Positions 1-10,214 of a stretch of DNA of 55,063 bases are shown here, piece by piece. Under the pieces are notes generated by a model that saw only the letters and a list, made by a program, of their open reading frames with translations, was not told the origin of the DNA and did not search any database. The DNA is taken from NCBI GenBank assembly GCA_964346895.1, contig CAYFWY010000001.1:1-55063 (forward strand), read 5' to 3'. Both the position numbers and the translations under genes were made by a program. The DNA comes from an uncultured Candidatus Bathyarchaeia archaeon. Its GTDB lineage: Archaea; Thermoproteota; Bathyarchaeia; Bathyarchaeales; Bathyarchaeaceae. The first letter of the stretch is position 1, and each line of letters opens with the position of its first letter.

Positions 1-94
1 TTTCAAGCATTTTTTGTGCCTTTTTAAGCATCTCCATAAAAAGTTCCTCTTTTCTAACCATGCATTCTGTGGCGTTGACTTTTCGATTTTTTAC

Positions 95-1435
95 TTAGGT
101 TAATTGGAGCCCCTTTTTTCCAAAAAAAGGAAGTCTCTTCCTCCTCAAGGTCTTCATCATCTTTCTCAACATGTTGTATCGTTCCAGTAACTCCTTCACT
201 TCCTTTTCTTTGGTGCCCGATCCGCGGGCCACCCTCCGAATTCTGGATGCCGAGAGAATCTTGGGTTTTTCTCTTTCTTCCGGTGTCATGGACTGAATGA
301 TTACTCGCCATTTTTTAAGAGTGCCCTCAGCCATCTCCATCATTTCTTCAGGTATGTTATAGGTCATTCCCGGAATCATTTTCAGGACATGTCTTAGCGG
401 TCCCATGCTTTTCATGGATTCAAACTGTTCGTACATGTCCGTAAGGGTAAATCTTCCACTCAGAAAGGCGCGCATTTTTCTCTCAGGCACCTTCACTTCT
501 GCCTCGCGAACTTTCTCAATGAGGCTTTGGAGGTCTCCCATTCCTAGCAGTCTACCAACAAATCTAGAAGGAACAAACGGTTCTATGTCCCCAATTTTTT
601 CACCCATGCTGATAAATCTTATAGGAGCTCCGATGGCAGCGACTGCTGAAAGGGCGCCTCCTCCCCTTGCGGAGCCATCGAGTTTTGCTACTAGAATGGA
701 TCCTATGGGAGTGGCCTCGTGAAATGCTTGGGCTTGCAAAGCGGCTTGTTGACCGATGGTTCCATCGATGACCAAAATCACTTCGTTAGGTTTTATGGCT
801 TTTTCCAGCTTCTTCATTTCTTCGATTAAACTCTTCTCTTCTTTATGTCGACCCGCGGTGTCAATTATGACAACATCATGATCGCCAAATTGTTTCAATC
901 CGTTCAAGGCGATTTTTGCAGATTTCTTTTCTTTTGGATCTCCGTATACGGGAACGTTTGCGCGCTTTGCCAGTTGTTGCAGTTGAGCGTAGGCTCCTGG
1001 TCTGTAGGTGTCTGTGCAAACTAGGGCTGTTTTTAACCCTCTTTTTTGGAAGTATTTTGCTAATTTTGCAGCCGCGGTAGTTTTGCCCGAGCCTTGAATT
1101 CCCACGAGCATAAGAACCTTTCTTTTTCCGGGTTCTGTTCTTAAGGGAGACGGTTTTTCACCTAGAAAACGCGTTAATTCTTCGTAAACTACCTTTGTCA
1201 CGTGCTCTCTTCTGGAAATTCCCGGCGGAACCTTCTCTTTTAATGATCTATCCTCTATTCTTTTAGAGATTTCAAGAACAAGCTTTACATTAACGTCGGC
1301 CTGAAGCAGGGCTCTCTGGATATCGCGAGCCAATTCCCTAACAGTCTTCTCATCCATAACTGGAGCTTTGAAAACCTTTCTCAATGCTTCATATAGGGAA
1401 GAACCGAGACGTTCCAGAACCATAATTTTCTCCAA
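95..1435 (-). CDS. srp54: Signal recognition particle protein SRP54 (GTPase)
   Basis: 446-aa ORF. G-domain P-loop GIQGSGKTTAAAKLA and DTAGRH. Met-rich C-terminal M domain (MKMIPGM..EEMMEMAEG). Confidence 0.95.
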   Translation of the reverse strand: MEKIMVLERLGSSLYEALRKVFKAPVMDEKTVRELARDIQRALLQADVNVKLVLEISKRIEDRSLKEKVPPGISRREHVTKVVYEELTRFLGEKPSPLRTEPGKRKVLMLVGIQGSGKTTAAAKLAKYFQKRGLKTALVCTDTYRPGAYAQLQQLAKRANVPVYGDPKEKKSAKIALNGLKQFGDHDVVIIDTAGRHKEEKSLIEEMKKLEKAIKPNEVILVIDGTIGQQAALQAQAFHEATPIGSILVAKLDGSARGGGALSAVAAIGAPIRFISMGEKIGDIEPFVPSRFVGRLLGMGDLQSLIEKVREAEVKVPERKMRAFLSGRFTLTDMYEQFESMKSMGPLRHVLKMIPGMTYNIPEEMMEMAEGTLKKWRVIIQSMTPEEREKPKILSASRIRRVARGSGTKEKEVKELLERYNMLRKMMKTLRRKRLPFFGKKGLQLT

Positions 1436-1562
1436 CTTAAAACTAGGTTACCTCTTTAATAGATATTTAGTTTGTCGCCATACATGTATATGGCGATACC
1501 GTGCTCTTACCTTTTAAAGAAGAAAGTAGTTAAAGCGAATTTTTAGGAGCATGTACACATAA

Positions 1563-3272
1563 TTATCGCTTTGCTTTTTGCCTCTCCTCTTCTTGGAGCA
1601 CTCTTCTTAAAACTTTGCCCACTAAAGTCAAAGGTAATTCGCTTCTGAATTCAACTTCTCTAATTGCCTTGTAGGGTGCAACTTTAGTATTCACGAACTT
1701 CTTGATGTCTTCTTCTGTTGCTGTCATCCCTTCTTTTAAAACAACGAAGGCCTTCGGAATCTCGTTTGCAATAGCGTCTGGCTTGCCTACAACTGCGCAT
1801 AGTTTCACTGTGGGATGCTCATAAATTACGTCCTCGATCTCTCTAGGATAGACACTGTAACCTTTGTATTTGATGAGATCCTTTTTTCTGTCTGTTATGT
1901 AAAAGTACCCGTCCTCATCCATCTTTCCGATGTCACCTGTGTAAAGCCACTCGTTTCGAAGAACAGATGCTGTTTCCTCAGCCATTTTCCAATATCCCTT
2001 CATAACCTGCGGACCCTTAATAACAAGCTCTCCGTCTTCGCCAATACCAAGTTCTTTCTTTCCAGTTTCCATATCCATAATCTTCGCGTCTGTATCAGGC
2101 CAGGGCAAACCGATGGAACCAACTTTCACCGTTTTCATTGATCTGTCAAGTGGGTTGCAGTGAGTAACAGGAGAAGATTCTGTTAATCCATAGCCTTCCA
2201 CGAGGACACCTCCCGTTATGTCCATCCATTTCTTCTGAATCTCTGGCGGAAGTGGGGCTGACCCTGATATGCAGAAACGGACAGATGAAAGATCATACTT
2301 GTCCAGAGTTGGATTCGATAGTAGCATCGCATACATTGTTGGTGCTCCACAAAAGACTGTGACCTTATGTCTTTGGATTGCTTGAAAGGTGCTTGAGGCT
2401 TCAAAGCGTGGAAGCATAACCATTTTTCCAGCTAAATATATGGGGCCATTCATTCCAGTTGTCATTCCGTAAATGTGAAATAACGGTAATACTGTAAGGA
2501 AAGTTTCCTCACCTTTTTTACCTCTTAGCCATGCACCACAAGCAATAGCATTTGATACAAGATTCATGTGAGTTAACATTGCTCCCTTCGAAATTCCAGT
2601 AACTCCCCCAGTATATTGAAGAGCCGCAAAATCTTCTCTAGGATCGATGTCAACTGTTGGGGGATTAGCCGCATACTGTTTCAACAGCTCTTGGAAAAAA
2701 TGGATGTTTGGTTTATGCTCAACTTTGTAAGAGGGAATTTTCTTCAGTAAGGAGCCGAGAAATGCTGTCATCGACGGCATGTACTCCTTTAAACTCGTCA
2801 CAATTACTCGTTTTATCCTGGTTTGTGCCAAAACCTTCTCCAAGATGGGGTATAACGCATCTAAAACAACTATCGTCTCAGCTTCAGAATCGACTAATTG
2901 GTGTTCAACCTCACGCTCTTTGTACAACGGACTTATAGCTGTCTCGATAGCCCCAATTTTCATTACACCATAATACGAGATCACAAACTGAGGGATGTTT
3001 GGCAAAAAGATCGCCACCTTCTCTCCCTTTTTCACACCTAGATCGCTGAGCGCGGTTGCAAACTTGTCGGATAATAATTCTAACTCTTTGTAAGTCATTT
3101 TTTTATTAAAGTAAACTATCGCTACATGGTTAGGATAGTCTTCAGCAGTATTTTTCAAGAGTCCCGAAAGCGGAACTTCCGGGTATTCTATGTGTTTGGG
3201 AACCCCTTCAGGCCAAAATTTGAACCATGGTTTTTCTGGTTCTTTTGTTTTGATACCCTTATAAACAGGCAT
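1563..3272 (-). CDS. AMP-forming fatty-acid--CoA ligase (acyl-CoA synthetase)
   Basis: 569-aa ORF with adenylate-forming motifs YTGGVTGISKGAMLTH, EGYGLTE and YTGDIGKMDEDGYFYITDRKKDLIKYKG. Confidence 0.9.
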   Translation of the reverse strand: MPVYKGIKTKEPEKPWFKFWPEGVPKHIEYPEVPLSGLLKNTAEDYPNHVAIVYFNKKMTYKELELLSDKFATALSDLGVKKGEKVAIFLPNIPQFVISYYGVMKIGAIETAISPLYKEREVEHQLVDSEAETIVVLDALYPILEKVLAQTRIKRVIVTSLKEYMPSMTAFLGSLLKKIPSYKVEHKPNIHFFQELLKQYAANPPTVDIDPREDFAALQYTGGVTGISKGAMLTHMNLVSNAIACGAWLRGKKGEETFLTVLPLFHIYGMTTGMNGPIYLAGKMVMLPRFEASSTFQAIQRHKVTVFCGAPTMYAMLLSNPTLDKYDLSSVRFCISGSAPLPPEIQKKWMDITGGVLVEGYGLTESSPVTHCNPLDRSMKTVKVGSIGLPWPDTDAKIMDMETGKKELGIGEDGELVIKGPQVMKGYWKMAEETASVLRNEWLYTGDIGKMDEDGYFYITDRKKDLIKYKGYSVYPREIEDVIYEHPTVKLCAVVGKPDAIANEIPKAFVVLKEGMTATEEDIKKFVNTKVAPYKAIREVEFRSELPLTLVGKVLRRVLQEEERQKAKR

Positions 3273-3340
3273 AATAAGCCCTATTTTATAGTTATAGACA
3301 GGCCTTTGAAGTATTAATGTTTTCTACGGATTGATTTGCG

Positions 3341-4144
3341 GTGAAAACTGAAGATATGTTGATTGATTGCAAAGATGCAATACTTTATGGTGAGATACAC
3401 ATACCCGACGTTGTTCCAGCACCAGCCTTGCTTGTTTGTCACGGCTTGGACACGCAAGGCTTTCATTTTCTGAAGATCTACAATCAAATGGCCAAAACAG
3501 CCTGCATAAACGGCTTTGTTTCTCTTGTTTTCGATTTTCGCGGCGTTGGAAAGAGCACCGGTGAATTCGATTACGGTTTTGCAGAGCAACAAGACGTTCA
3601 ATGCGCATTAGATTACTTGTCTTCCAGACAAGAGGTTCTTTCAAACAAAATCTTCATTGTCGGACACAGCTTGGGTGGCACAGCATCACTATACGCAATT
3701 CAAAAGGAAAGGCGGATTAATGGTCTAGTTTTATGGTCTACTCCAAAAAACCATAACTACAACGTTAAAAAATTCATCAGGAGAACTAGAGGAAAACTAA
3801 GCCTTTATCTCTTTTATTTCTTCGCGTGGTTGGACAAGCTTGTTGATGTTTCAAGATTCTTTAAACTGAAAATATATGGGATAATTTTGCGCCCTAGGTG
3901 TGTTAGAGAAAAACTTATGAAGCTGAATGAGTGTGAGGCGGTTTCAAACTTAAGAAACATACCTTTGCTCATTTTAGTAGGTGATGAGGATGTTATCGTT
4001 GATGTAGCCGAGGCACGCAAAGTATTTTTATCTGCACATGAACCAAAAGACTTTGTAATAGTTAGAGGAGCAAACCACATCTATAATGGAAAAGAAGACG
4101 AAACAATTGATAAAACAATTAAATGGATGAAAAAATGGGTGTGA
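3341..4144 (+). CDS. Alpha/beta-fold hydrolase
   Basis: 267-aa ORF with nucleophile elbow GHSLGG and a late GANH motif. Substrate cannot be inferred. Confidence 0.7.
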   Translation: MKTEDMLIDCKDAILYGEIHIPDVVPAPALLVCHGLDTQGFHFLKIYNQMAKTACINGFVSLVFDFRGVGKSTGEFDYGFAEQQDVQCALDYLSSRQEVLSNKIFIVGHSLGGTASLYAIQKERRINGLVLWSTPKNHNYNVKKFIRRTRGKLSLYLFYFFAWLDKLVDVSRFFKLKIYGIILRPRCVREKLMKLNECEAVSNLRNIPLLILVGDEDVIVDVAEARKVFLSAHEPKDFVIVRGANHIYNGKEDETIDKTIKWMKKWV

Positions 4145-4158
4145 ACAGTCGAGTGTGC

Positions 4159-4605
4159 CTAAGGAGATTCAAAAGGCACAAACTCATAAGTTGGGTTCCC
4201 TTCGGGCGTAACTTTGGCCGTAAGCTTTACCTTCATGCCTACTTTGATTTCTGAAAGTTTTAGTCCCGTCACCCAAGCAAGCACTTTCACGCCTTCTTTC
4301 AACTTTCCAATAACGACAGTATATGGTTTGTATTGTTGGAAAGTTGTCGGTCTGACAACAACGTGCGTGTAAGTTTCAACTTCTGCTTCATTGCTGAGTT
4401 CAACCCACTCGAGTTTAGATGACAGACACTCGGAGCAGTCGGCACTAGGCGGAAAGTACAGTTTTCCACACCCTTCACATTTGGTCGCGTAGATTTTTCC
4501 TTGCTCTAAACCTTTCCAAAACTTCAGAGTTTTACTTATCGGTATTTGGGGCGCGATTGTTATTTCTCTAGATTTTAATGAGGGCATAAAAGACGTCCTG
4601 GTCAC
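4159..4605 (-). CDS. DUF35 OB-fold/zinc-ribbon protein (thiolase-associated)
   Basis: 148-aa ORF with zinc ribbon CEGCGKLYFPPSADCSEC followed by an OB-fold-like C-terminus. Overlaps the upstream thiolase stop by 4 nt, suggesting translational coupling. Confidence 0.85.
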   Translation of the reverse strand: MTRTSFMPSLKSREITIAPQIPISKTLKFWKGLEQGKIYATKCEGCGKLYFPPSADCSECLSSKLEWVELSNEAEVETYTHVVVRPTTFQQYKPYTVVIGKLKEGVKVLAWVTGLKLSEIKVGMKVKLTAKVTPEGNPTYEFVPFESP

Positions 4606-5801
4606 CTCCTAAGTATAGTAACGTAACAATAATGGCCTGTTCCTCCTACGTTGTGGGCAAGAGCAATGTAGTTTTTCAAGGGTACCTGCCTTGCTTTTTC
4701 ATCAACCTCTTCCCTAAGTTGCCTAGTAAGCTCATAAATCATTGAACATCCCGTTGTGCCTATTGGATGCCCCTTCGCCTTCAGGCCGCCATCCATGTTT
4801 ATAGGTATCTTTCCGCCAATTTCAGTTTGCCCTTCCCGCAACATTTTGGCACCCTCACCTTTACCGCACAGCCCAATGTCTTCGTAAGCCATGATCTCTG
4901 CAATTGTGAAGCAGTCGTGCACTTCGGCAAAGTCAATTTGATCTGGCGTAACTCCAGCAGCCTTGTAAGCTCTTCGAGAGGCTAAAACGCTTGCTTCAAG
5001 TCCAACGAAATCTGTTCTCTTACTGAGATTTGCTGTTCCCGAAGAATAGCCTATTCCAGCCACCCATACTGGTGTCTCAATCTTTAGTTCCTTGACTTTT
5101 TCTTCTGATGCAACGATTATCGATGCTGAACCATCTGTCATTGGGCAACAATCAAAAAGTTTCAGCGGCGACGCTATAACCATTGAAGACAATACATCTT
5201 CAACCGTTATCCTCTTCTGGAGGTGGGCAATTGGATTCATCGAACCATACTTGTGGTTCTTTACAGCCACCAATGCCAAGTCCTCCTCTGTTGTTCCATA
5301 CTTATCCATGTGGGCGTTAGCATAAAATGCGTAATATGCAGGAAAGGTCAATCCGAAATTGTGGAATTCCCATAAATAGTATCCAGCTCTTCCAATCCAT
5401 TCCATAGCCGTCGGAGAGTCGATTTCCCTCATCTTTTCAACACCTAATGCTACAGCAATTTCAGCTTGGCCGCTTGCCACTGTAGAGCAGGCTGTTTGAA
5501 ACGCAGCGCTTCCACTTGCACATGCGGCTTCGCATCGAACCAAACCTGCCTTTGTTAATCCACAGTATTCGCTTACAACAACGGCTGGAAGAAGTTCTTC
5601 ATACCATGCTCCAGCTCCTACTGATCCCAAAGCCACAAACTCGATTTCTTTAGCGGTTATTCCTGCATCTACTAGGGAGGGCTTAACGGCTTCAAAAGCT
5701 AACTCCGCCACATTAACATCATTTCTGTTGCCAAATTTTGAGTTACCAACGCCAACAATCGCTACCTTTCTCATAGTGACCACGCATTTATGTTTAGACA
5801 T
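4602..5801 (-). CDS. SCP-x-type thiolase (acetyl-CoA C-acyltransferase), catalytically canonical
   Basis: 399-aa ORF. Nucleophile motif CEAACASGSAAF, HDCF motif and GHPIGTTG are all present. An alternative start at 5774 (MRKVAIVG) is possible. Confidence 0.9.
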   Translation of the reverse strand: MSKHKCVVTMRKVAIVGVGNSKFGNRNDVNVAELAFEAVKPSLVDAGITAKEIEFVALGSVGAGAWYEELLPAVVVSEYCGLTKAGLVRCEAACASGSAAFQTACSTVASGQAEIAVALGVEKMREIDSPTAMEWIGRAGYYLWEFHNFGLTFPAYYAFYANAHMDKYGTTEEDLALVAVKNHKYGSMNPIAHLQKRITVEDVLSSMVIASPLKLFDCCPMTDGSASIIVASEEKVKELKIETPVWVAGIGYSSGTANLSKRTDFVGLEASVLASRRAYKAAGVTPDQIDFAEVHDCFTIAEIMAYEDIGLCGKGEGAKMLREGQTEIGGKIPINMDGGLKAKGHPIGTTGCSMIYELTRQLREEVDEKARQVPLKNYIALAHNVGGTGHYCYVTILRR

Positions 5802-5838
5802 ATCGAGAGGATGATAAATAAAGAAAGGGGGTGCGGAT

Positions 5839-6630
5839 TTATTTTCCTTTGAACTCGGCTTTCCTTCTCGACATGAAGGCTTCTACGCCTTCTTTAAGGT
5901 CTTCTGTAGAGAATACTAGTCCCAACAAACCTGCCTCCAGTCGCAGTCCCGCATCTAATGGCACCTGGGTTCCGAAGTTTAACGCATACTTTGCATACTT
6001 CAGAGCTATTGGCGGCCCGTCACTGAGTTTCTTCGCCAATTCTTTAACTTCTTCTCGGAGTTTTTCGTAGTGCACCACTTTATGCACTAAACCCATTTTT
6101 AAGGCTTCTTCAGCTTTAAGCATGTTCCCTAACATTATCATCTCTTTAGCTTTAGCTAGACCCACAATTCTGACGAGTCTTTGAGTCCCGCCCCACCCAG
6201 GAATGACACCTCGTAATATCTCGGTATTTCCAAGTTCAGCGTGTTCAGCTGCCACCCTCAAGTCGCATGCCAAGGCCAGTTCCAAGCCGCCACCAAGCGC
6301 GAAACCATTTATCGCTGCAATAACCGGCTTAGACATCTCCTCAATTTTACCGAAAAGTTTCTGTCCAGACCTTGAAAATTCTTCAGCTTTCACTGGCGTC
6401 GCCCTAGGGAACATTGTTAGATCTGCACCTGCGCTGAAGGCGCGGTCACCTTCACCGGTTACTACGACACATCTAATGCTTTGGTCTTTCTCAGCGGTGT
6501 CTATAACATCTGAGAGTTCCTCCATCAAAACCTCATTGAAAGCATTTAATCGATGAGGCCTGTTTAGCACTATCCACAATACGTTTTTTTCTCTTTCTAC
6601 TTTGACGGTTTCATATGCTGTGCTCAACAA
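5839..6630 (-). CDS. Enoyl-CoA hydratase (crotonase family)
   Basis: 263-aa ORF with crotonase oxyanion-hole motifs FSAGADL and GFALGGGLELALACD. Confidence 0.9.
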   Translation of the reverse strand: MLSTAYETVKVEREKNVLWIVLNRPHRLNAFNEVLMEELSDVIDTAEKDQSIRCVVVTGEGDRAFSAGADLTMFPRATPVKAEEFSRSGQKLFGKIEEMSKPVIAAINGFALGGGLELALACDLRVAAEHAELGNTEILRGVIPGWGGTQRLVRIVGLAKAKEMIMLGNMLKAEEALKMGLVHKVVHYEKLREEVKELAKKLSDGPPIALKYAKYALNFGTQVPLDAGLRLEAGLLGLVFSTEDLKEGVEAFMSRRKAEFKGK

Positions 6631-6685
6631 ATATCACCATCCCAAGTTTAGTTCATATTCCTATATTATTTTTCATGCTGTTCTG

Positions 6686-7840
6686 TTAAAATTTCCTTAG
6701 GAGATATTTAAGGACGGTTAGCTTTTGGATTTCAGACGTTCCTTCGTAGATTTCAGTTATTTTTGCGTCTCTGTGATATCTTTCAACACGGTAGTCGCCT
6801 AAATAGCCGTAACCACCCAAGGTTTGTATCGCAAAGTCTGTGGCTTCCATTGCAACTCTGGCTGCGTATTGTTTCGCCATTGCCGTCGCCATAGGATCCA
6901 ATTTACCAGCGTCAATTAACCAAGCAGCCCTATAGGTCAGCCACCTTGCAGCTTCAATTTTTGTCATGGCTTCAGCCAGTCCAGCGCCTATCAGTTCGTG
7001 CTGAAGTATAGGCTGCCCGAAAGCTTCTCTTTCTTTTGCGTATTTGAAGGCAATTTCCCAGGCTCCTTGAGCCATACCTATGGCTTGGGCTGCGACGCCT
7101 ACACGGGTTATGTCGAAGAACTCCATGGAATGATAAAATCCTCTGTTCAGTTCGCCGACTAGGTTCCAATCGGTCACTCTGACATTGTCAAATTTAACTT
7201 CTCCTGTCACTGAACATCGAATTCCCATCTTGTCGTGCAATTTGGTGGTTTCAAGTCCCTGAGTATCTTTGTCGACTACAAAGAGAGTTTCCCCTCTGTA
7301 TCTGGGCCTTACCTTTGCGTCTGTTTGGGTTAAGACAATGATGAAATCAGCTAGTGTTGCGTTTGAAATGAGCGTCTTTGAACCATTTATCCACCACTCT
7401 TTTCCATATTTTGTGGCGGTGGTTTCCATGCGTGTTATGTCGCTTCCGCTTACGTTTGGTTCGGTAAATGCCGCTGCTGATATATATTCGCCCTTACATA
7501 TTGAAGGTAAATACTTTTCCTTCTGTTCCTTCGTACCATAGTCTATTATAAATTCGCTACCGAAGTTTCCACTTGAAATAGCTGCACCTAGAGACGAGTC
7601 TGCTCTGCACATTTCCTCTATAACTAAACATGTTTCAAGCAGTCCATATCCTTGCCCACCATATTCCTCGGGAAATGAAATACTAGTAAACCCAAGTTTC
7701 GCTGCGTGCTCGTACAATTCTAACGGGAACTCTTCTTTCCTATCGAGGTCTAGTGCCAGTTCTGGCCTGAATTCTTTTGCGCAAAACTCTTTAACGGCAT
7801 TTACGATTCCTTTTTGTTCTTCGGTTAATTCGAATTCCAT
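6686..7840 (-). CDS. Acyl-CoA dehydrogenase
   Basis: 384-aa ORF with ACAD-type N-terminus (LTEEQ..), FTEPNVSGSD, and C-terminal IYEGTSEIQ containing the catalytic Glu context. Confidence 0.92.
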   Translation of the reverse strand: MEFELTEEQKGIVNAVKEFCAKEFRPELALDLDRKEEFPLELYEHAAKLGFTSISFPEEYGGQGYGLLETCLVIEEMCRADSSLGAAISSGNFGSEFIIDYGTKEQKEKYLPSICKGEYISAAAFTEPNVSGSDITRMETTATKYGKEWWINGSKTLISNATLADFIIVLTQTDAKVRPRYRGETLFVVDKDTQGLETTKLHDKMGIRCSVTGEVKFDNVRVTDWNLVGELNRGFYHSMEFFDITRVGVAAQAIGMAQGAWEIAFKYAKEREAFGQPILQHELIGAGLAEAMTKIEAARWLTYRAAWLIDAGKLDPMATAMAKQYAARVAMEATDFAIQTLGGYGYLGDYRVERYHRDAKITEIYEGTSEIQKLTVLKYLLRKF

Positions 7841-9036
7841 TTATAGAACCCCTGCCCCACTTTCTTTCCTATCCAGCCCTTCGTGACATAATTCTCGAGG
7901 ACTGGACACGGTTTATAAATTTCCATTTTATATTTGGCGTATAACTCCTTTAGTTTATCTAGTAAGAAATCTATGCCTATCCGATCTGCATGTTCGCATG
8001 GACCTGAAGGCCAAAAGGTGCCCAATTTCATTCCGGTGTCAATATCTTCAGGATTTGCAGCGTCGTCGTGAATTAACCATGAGGCTTCGTTCACTGCCAC
8101 TGCCCAAGTTCTTTCAACATCATACTCATCAAGCAGATTGAAGGGGATTCTAGGTCTACCTTTTGCCCAATCGTAGAATCCAAGCCCTGTTTTTTGTCCA
8201 TATCTCTTTTCTTTTATGAGTGGATCAATTAATTCTGAGCATGGTTTGAAGCGTTCTCCATAAGCTTGGTACAAGATTTCTCCAACATCGTAGCTAATGT
8301 CTATCCCGATAAAGTCGGCTAGTTCGAACCATCCCATCGGGAATCCACCTGTATATTTTATTGAGGCGTCTATGCCTTCTTTTGTTGCTTCGCCGCGGTT
8401 ATAAGCCCAAAAGGCTTCGTTGAAAACTGCCCCTAACACTCTATTTACTATGAATCCCCGTACATCTTTTCGTACGATTACTGGTGTTTTTCCCAGTTTT
8501 CTGGCAAGTTCCGCAAGAGTGGCTACTGTTTCTTGACTTGTGTTATCGCCTTTAATTACTTCGACTAGAGTCATCAGTTGTGGCGGATTGAAGAAGTGCA
8601 TTCCTGCTACTTTGTCTGGGCGTTTGGTCGCTTTGCCCATCTCTGTTATACTTAATGCAGATGTGTTGGATGCAAGTATCGCGTTTGAAGGAGCAAAAGA
8701 ATCTAATGTGGCGAAGACTTTCTTCTTCAATTCAATGTTTTCTGGGACTACTTCAATTGCTAAGTCTATATTTTTGCCAGCTTGTTCGTAGCTAGTCGTG
8801 ACGCTTACTCTTGCAAGGGCAGCATCAGCGTCTTCGCGTCTTATTCTTTTCTTTTCTACAAACTTGTCTAGGCTCCATTTCATTTTTTCCATGCCTTTTT
8901 GGAGAAATTCGTCGCTTACATCAATCAATGTGACTTCGCATCCGGCCATTGCGAGGAGCTGAGCAATACCACTTCCCATTGCTCCTGCGCCTGCAACCCC
9001 TGCTTTTTTAATTTTTTCAATTGCCAAAATGTTCAC
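7825..9036 (-). CDS. 3-hydroxyacyl-CoA dehydrogenase (NAD-binding, extended C-terminal domain)
   Basis: 403-aa ORF with Rossmann motif GVAGAGAMGSGIA, plus SNTSALSITE and HFFNPP motifs. Overlaps the downstream ACAD gene by 16 nt. Confidence 0.9.
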   Translation of the reverse strand: MNILAIEKIKKAGVAGAGAMGSGIAQLLAMAGCEVTLIDVSDEFLQKGMEKMKWSLDKFVEKKRIRREDADAALARVSVTTSYEQAGKNIDLAIEVVPENIELKKKVFATLDSFAPSNAILASNTSALSITEMGKATKRPDKVAGMHFFNPPQLMTLVEVIKGDNTSQETVATLAELARKLGKTPVIVRKDVRGFIVNRVLGAVFNEAFWAYNRGEATKEGIDASIKYTGGFPMGWFELADFIGIDISYDVGEILYQAYGERFKPCSELIDPLIKEKRYGQKTGLGFYDWAKGRPRIPFNLLDEYDVERTWAVAVNEASWLIHDDAANPEDIDTGMKLGTFWPSGPCEHADRIGIDFLLDKLKELYAKYKMEIYKPCPVLENYVTKGWIGKKVGQGFYKWNSN

Positions 9037-9223
9037 TCCCTAGATGGTTTATTGGTGAAACGAGAATGGTAATAAAAGTTTTGAATGATCTTATTAATTT
9101 TGAGGCGCAAACAGAAAAGATAGAGAATGAGATTCTTTTAGAGATTCTAGAAGAAACTGTTCAACGTGTACTTCAATTGGGCTCCTTTTAGTTTAAAATA
9201 ATCTTGTCTTCTAAAGTTGATAG

Positions 9224-10213
9224 TTACGCCTTATGCAGTTTTAGCTCATTAATTTTGTTTATCAATGAAGGGACAACCTTGAATAAATCTTCGATAATGC
9301 CATAGTCCGCGAAGTTAAATATCGGAGCTTTTTGATCTCTGTTTAAAGCGATGATTAGGTCTGAGCCTTTCATCCCTAGAACGTGTTGAAAGGCTCCGCT
9401 TATTCCAACCGCAAAATAGAGATTAGGCTTCACTGTTTTTCCTGAACTGCCAACTTGACGGTCGCTGGGAAGCCAGCCTTTGTCTACGATCGGGCGGGAA
9501 CAGGCCAGAACTGCGCCCAACTCATTTGCCAGTTCTTCCATCATGGGCATGCTATTTTGGTCTTTTATTCCTCGACCTATGCCCACGAGTTTTTCTGCGC
9601 CTGTAATGTCGACTCCACCTGAAGGAGGAACAACATATTTAATGAAGTGTTTTTCGACAATTTCTTCTGTTAGGGGGGATAAGATTTCGGTGATTTGCCC
9701 GTTTGCTGGTTCTGTTGGTTTTTGTCCGGTGAATGTTGCTTGGCGTACCGTTACTATGTAGGTTTCGGCTTTACGGGCCGTTGCCTTAACGTTTACTTTT
9801 CCTCCATAAATTTGGCGTGTTACGGTTAAGATGGCGCCTTCAAAGTCTAGGTCTATACAGTCCGTTGCGAGGGGTCTGTTTAAAGCTGTAGCAAGTCTCG
9901 GAGCTAGTTCGACACCGTAGGAAGTGTGTCCTATCATGACCAGCAATGGTTTGTGCTCTGTGATTAATCTTGAGAGAATTTTTCTGTAGGGTTCCGAATT
10001 GAAGTTATCCAGTTTTTCGTCTTGGACTAGCAGAACTGTTTTTGCGTATTCAGTTAAGATTTTCGCGTGTTGCTTAACATCTTTGCCCAATATGATTGAG
10101 GTCAATTCTGAGTCTGTTTTTTCAGCTATTTCTCTAGCTTTTGAGAGCATTTCGTAGGTTATATCTCGGATTCGTCCTTGCCTATGTTCGGTAAGAACGA
10201 AAATTTTAGCCAT
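9224..10213 (-). CDS. etfA: Electron transfer flavoprotein, alpha subunit
   Basis: 329-aa ORF. C-terminal FAD domain motifs RPIVDKGWLPSDRQVGSSGKTVKP and YFAVGISGAFQH. Confidence 0.9.
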   Translation of the reverse strand: MAKIFVLTEHRQGRIRDITYEMLSKAREIAEKTDSELTSIILGKDVKQHAKILTEYAKTVLLVQDEKLDNFNSEPYRKILSRLITEHKPLLVMIGHTSYGVELAPRLATALNRPLATDCIDLDFEGAILTVTRQIYGGKVNVKATARKAETYIVTVRQATFTGQKPTEPANGQITEILSPLTEEIVEKHFIKYVVPPSGGVDITGAEKLVGIGRGIKDQNSMPMMEELANELGAVLACSRPIVDKGWLPSDRQVGSSGKTVKPNLYFAVGISGAFQHVLGMKGSDLIIALNRDQKAPIFNFADYGIIEDLFKVVPSLINKINELKLHKA

Positions 10214-10214
10214 T

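Noticed and set aside
1-37. Possible 5' end of a minus-strand gene (MEMLKKAQKMLE..) running off the left edge
   Set aside because: Only 12 codons are visible, which is too little to support a call.
1475-1496. Perfect 8-bp stem hairpin TCGCCATA-CATGTA-TATGGCGA between the acyl-CoA ligase and srp54
   Set aside because: It is a single occurrence. Archaeal termination relies mainly on oligo-T tracts, and there is nothing to tie it to a function.
9066-9197. 43-codon plus-strand ORF (MVIKVLNDLINFEAQTEKIENEILLEILEETVQRVLQLGSF) in the etfA-hadh spacer
   Set aside because: It is below any reliable size, has no motif, and lies opposite the operon direction. It may be chance in an A/G-rich spacer, and no relic assignment could be made.
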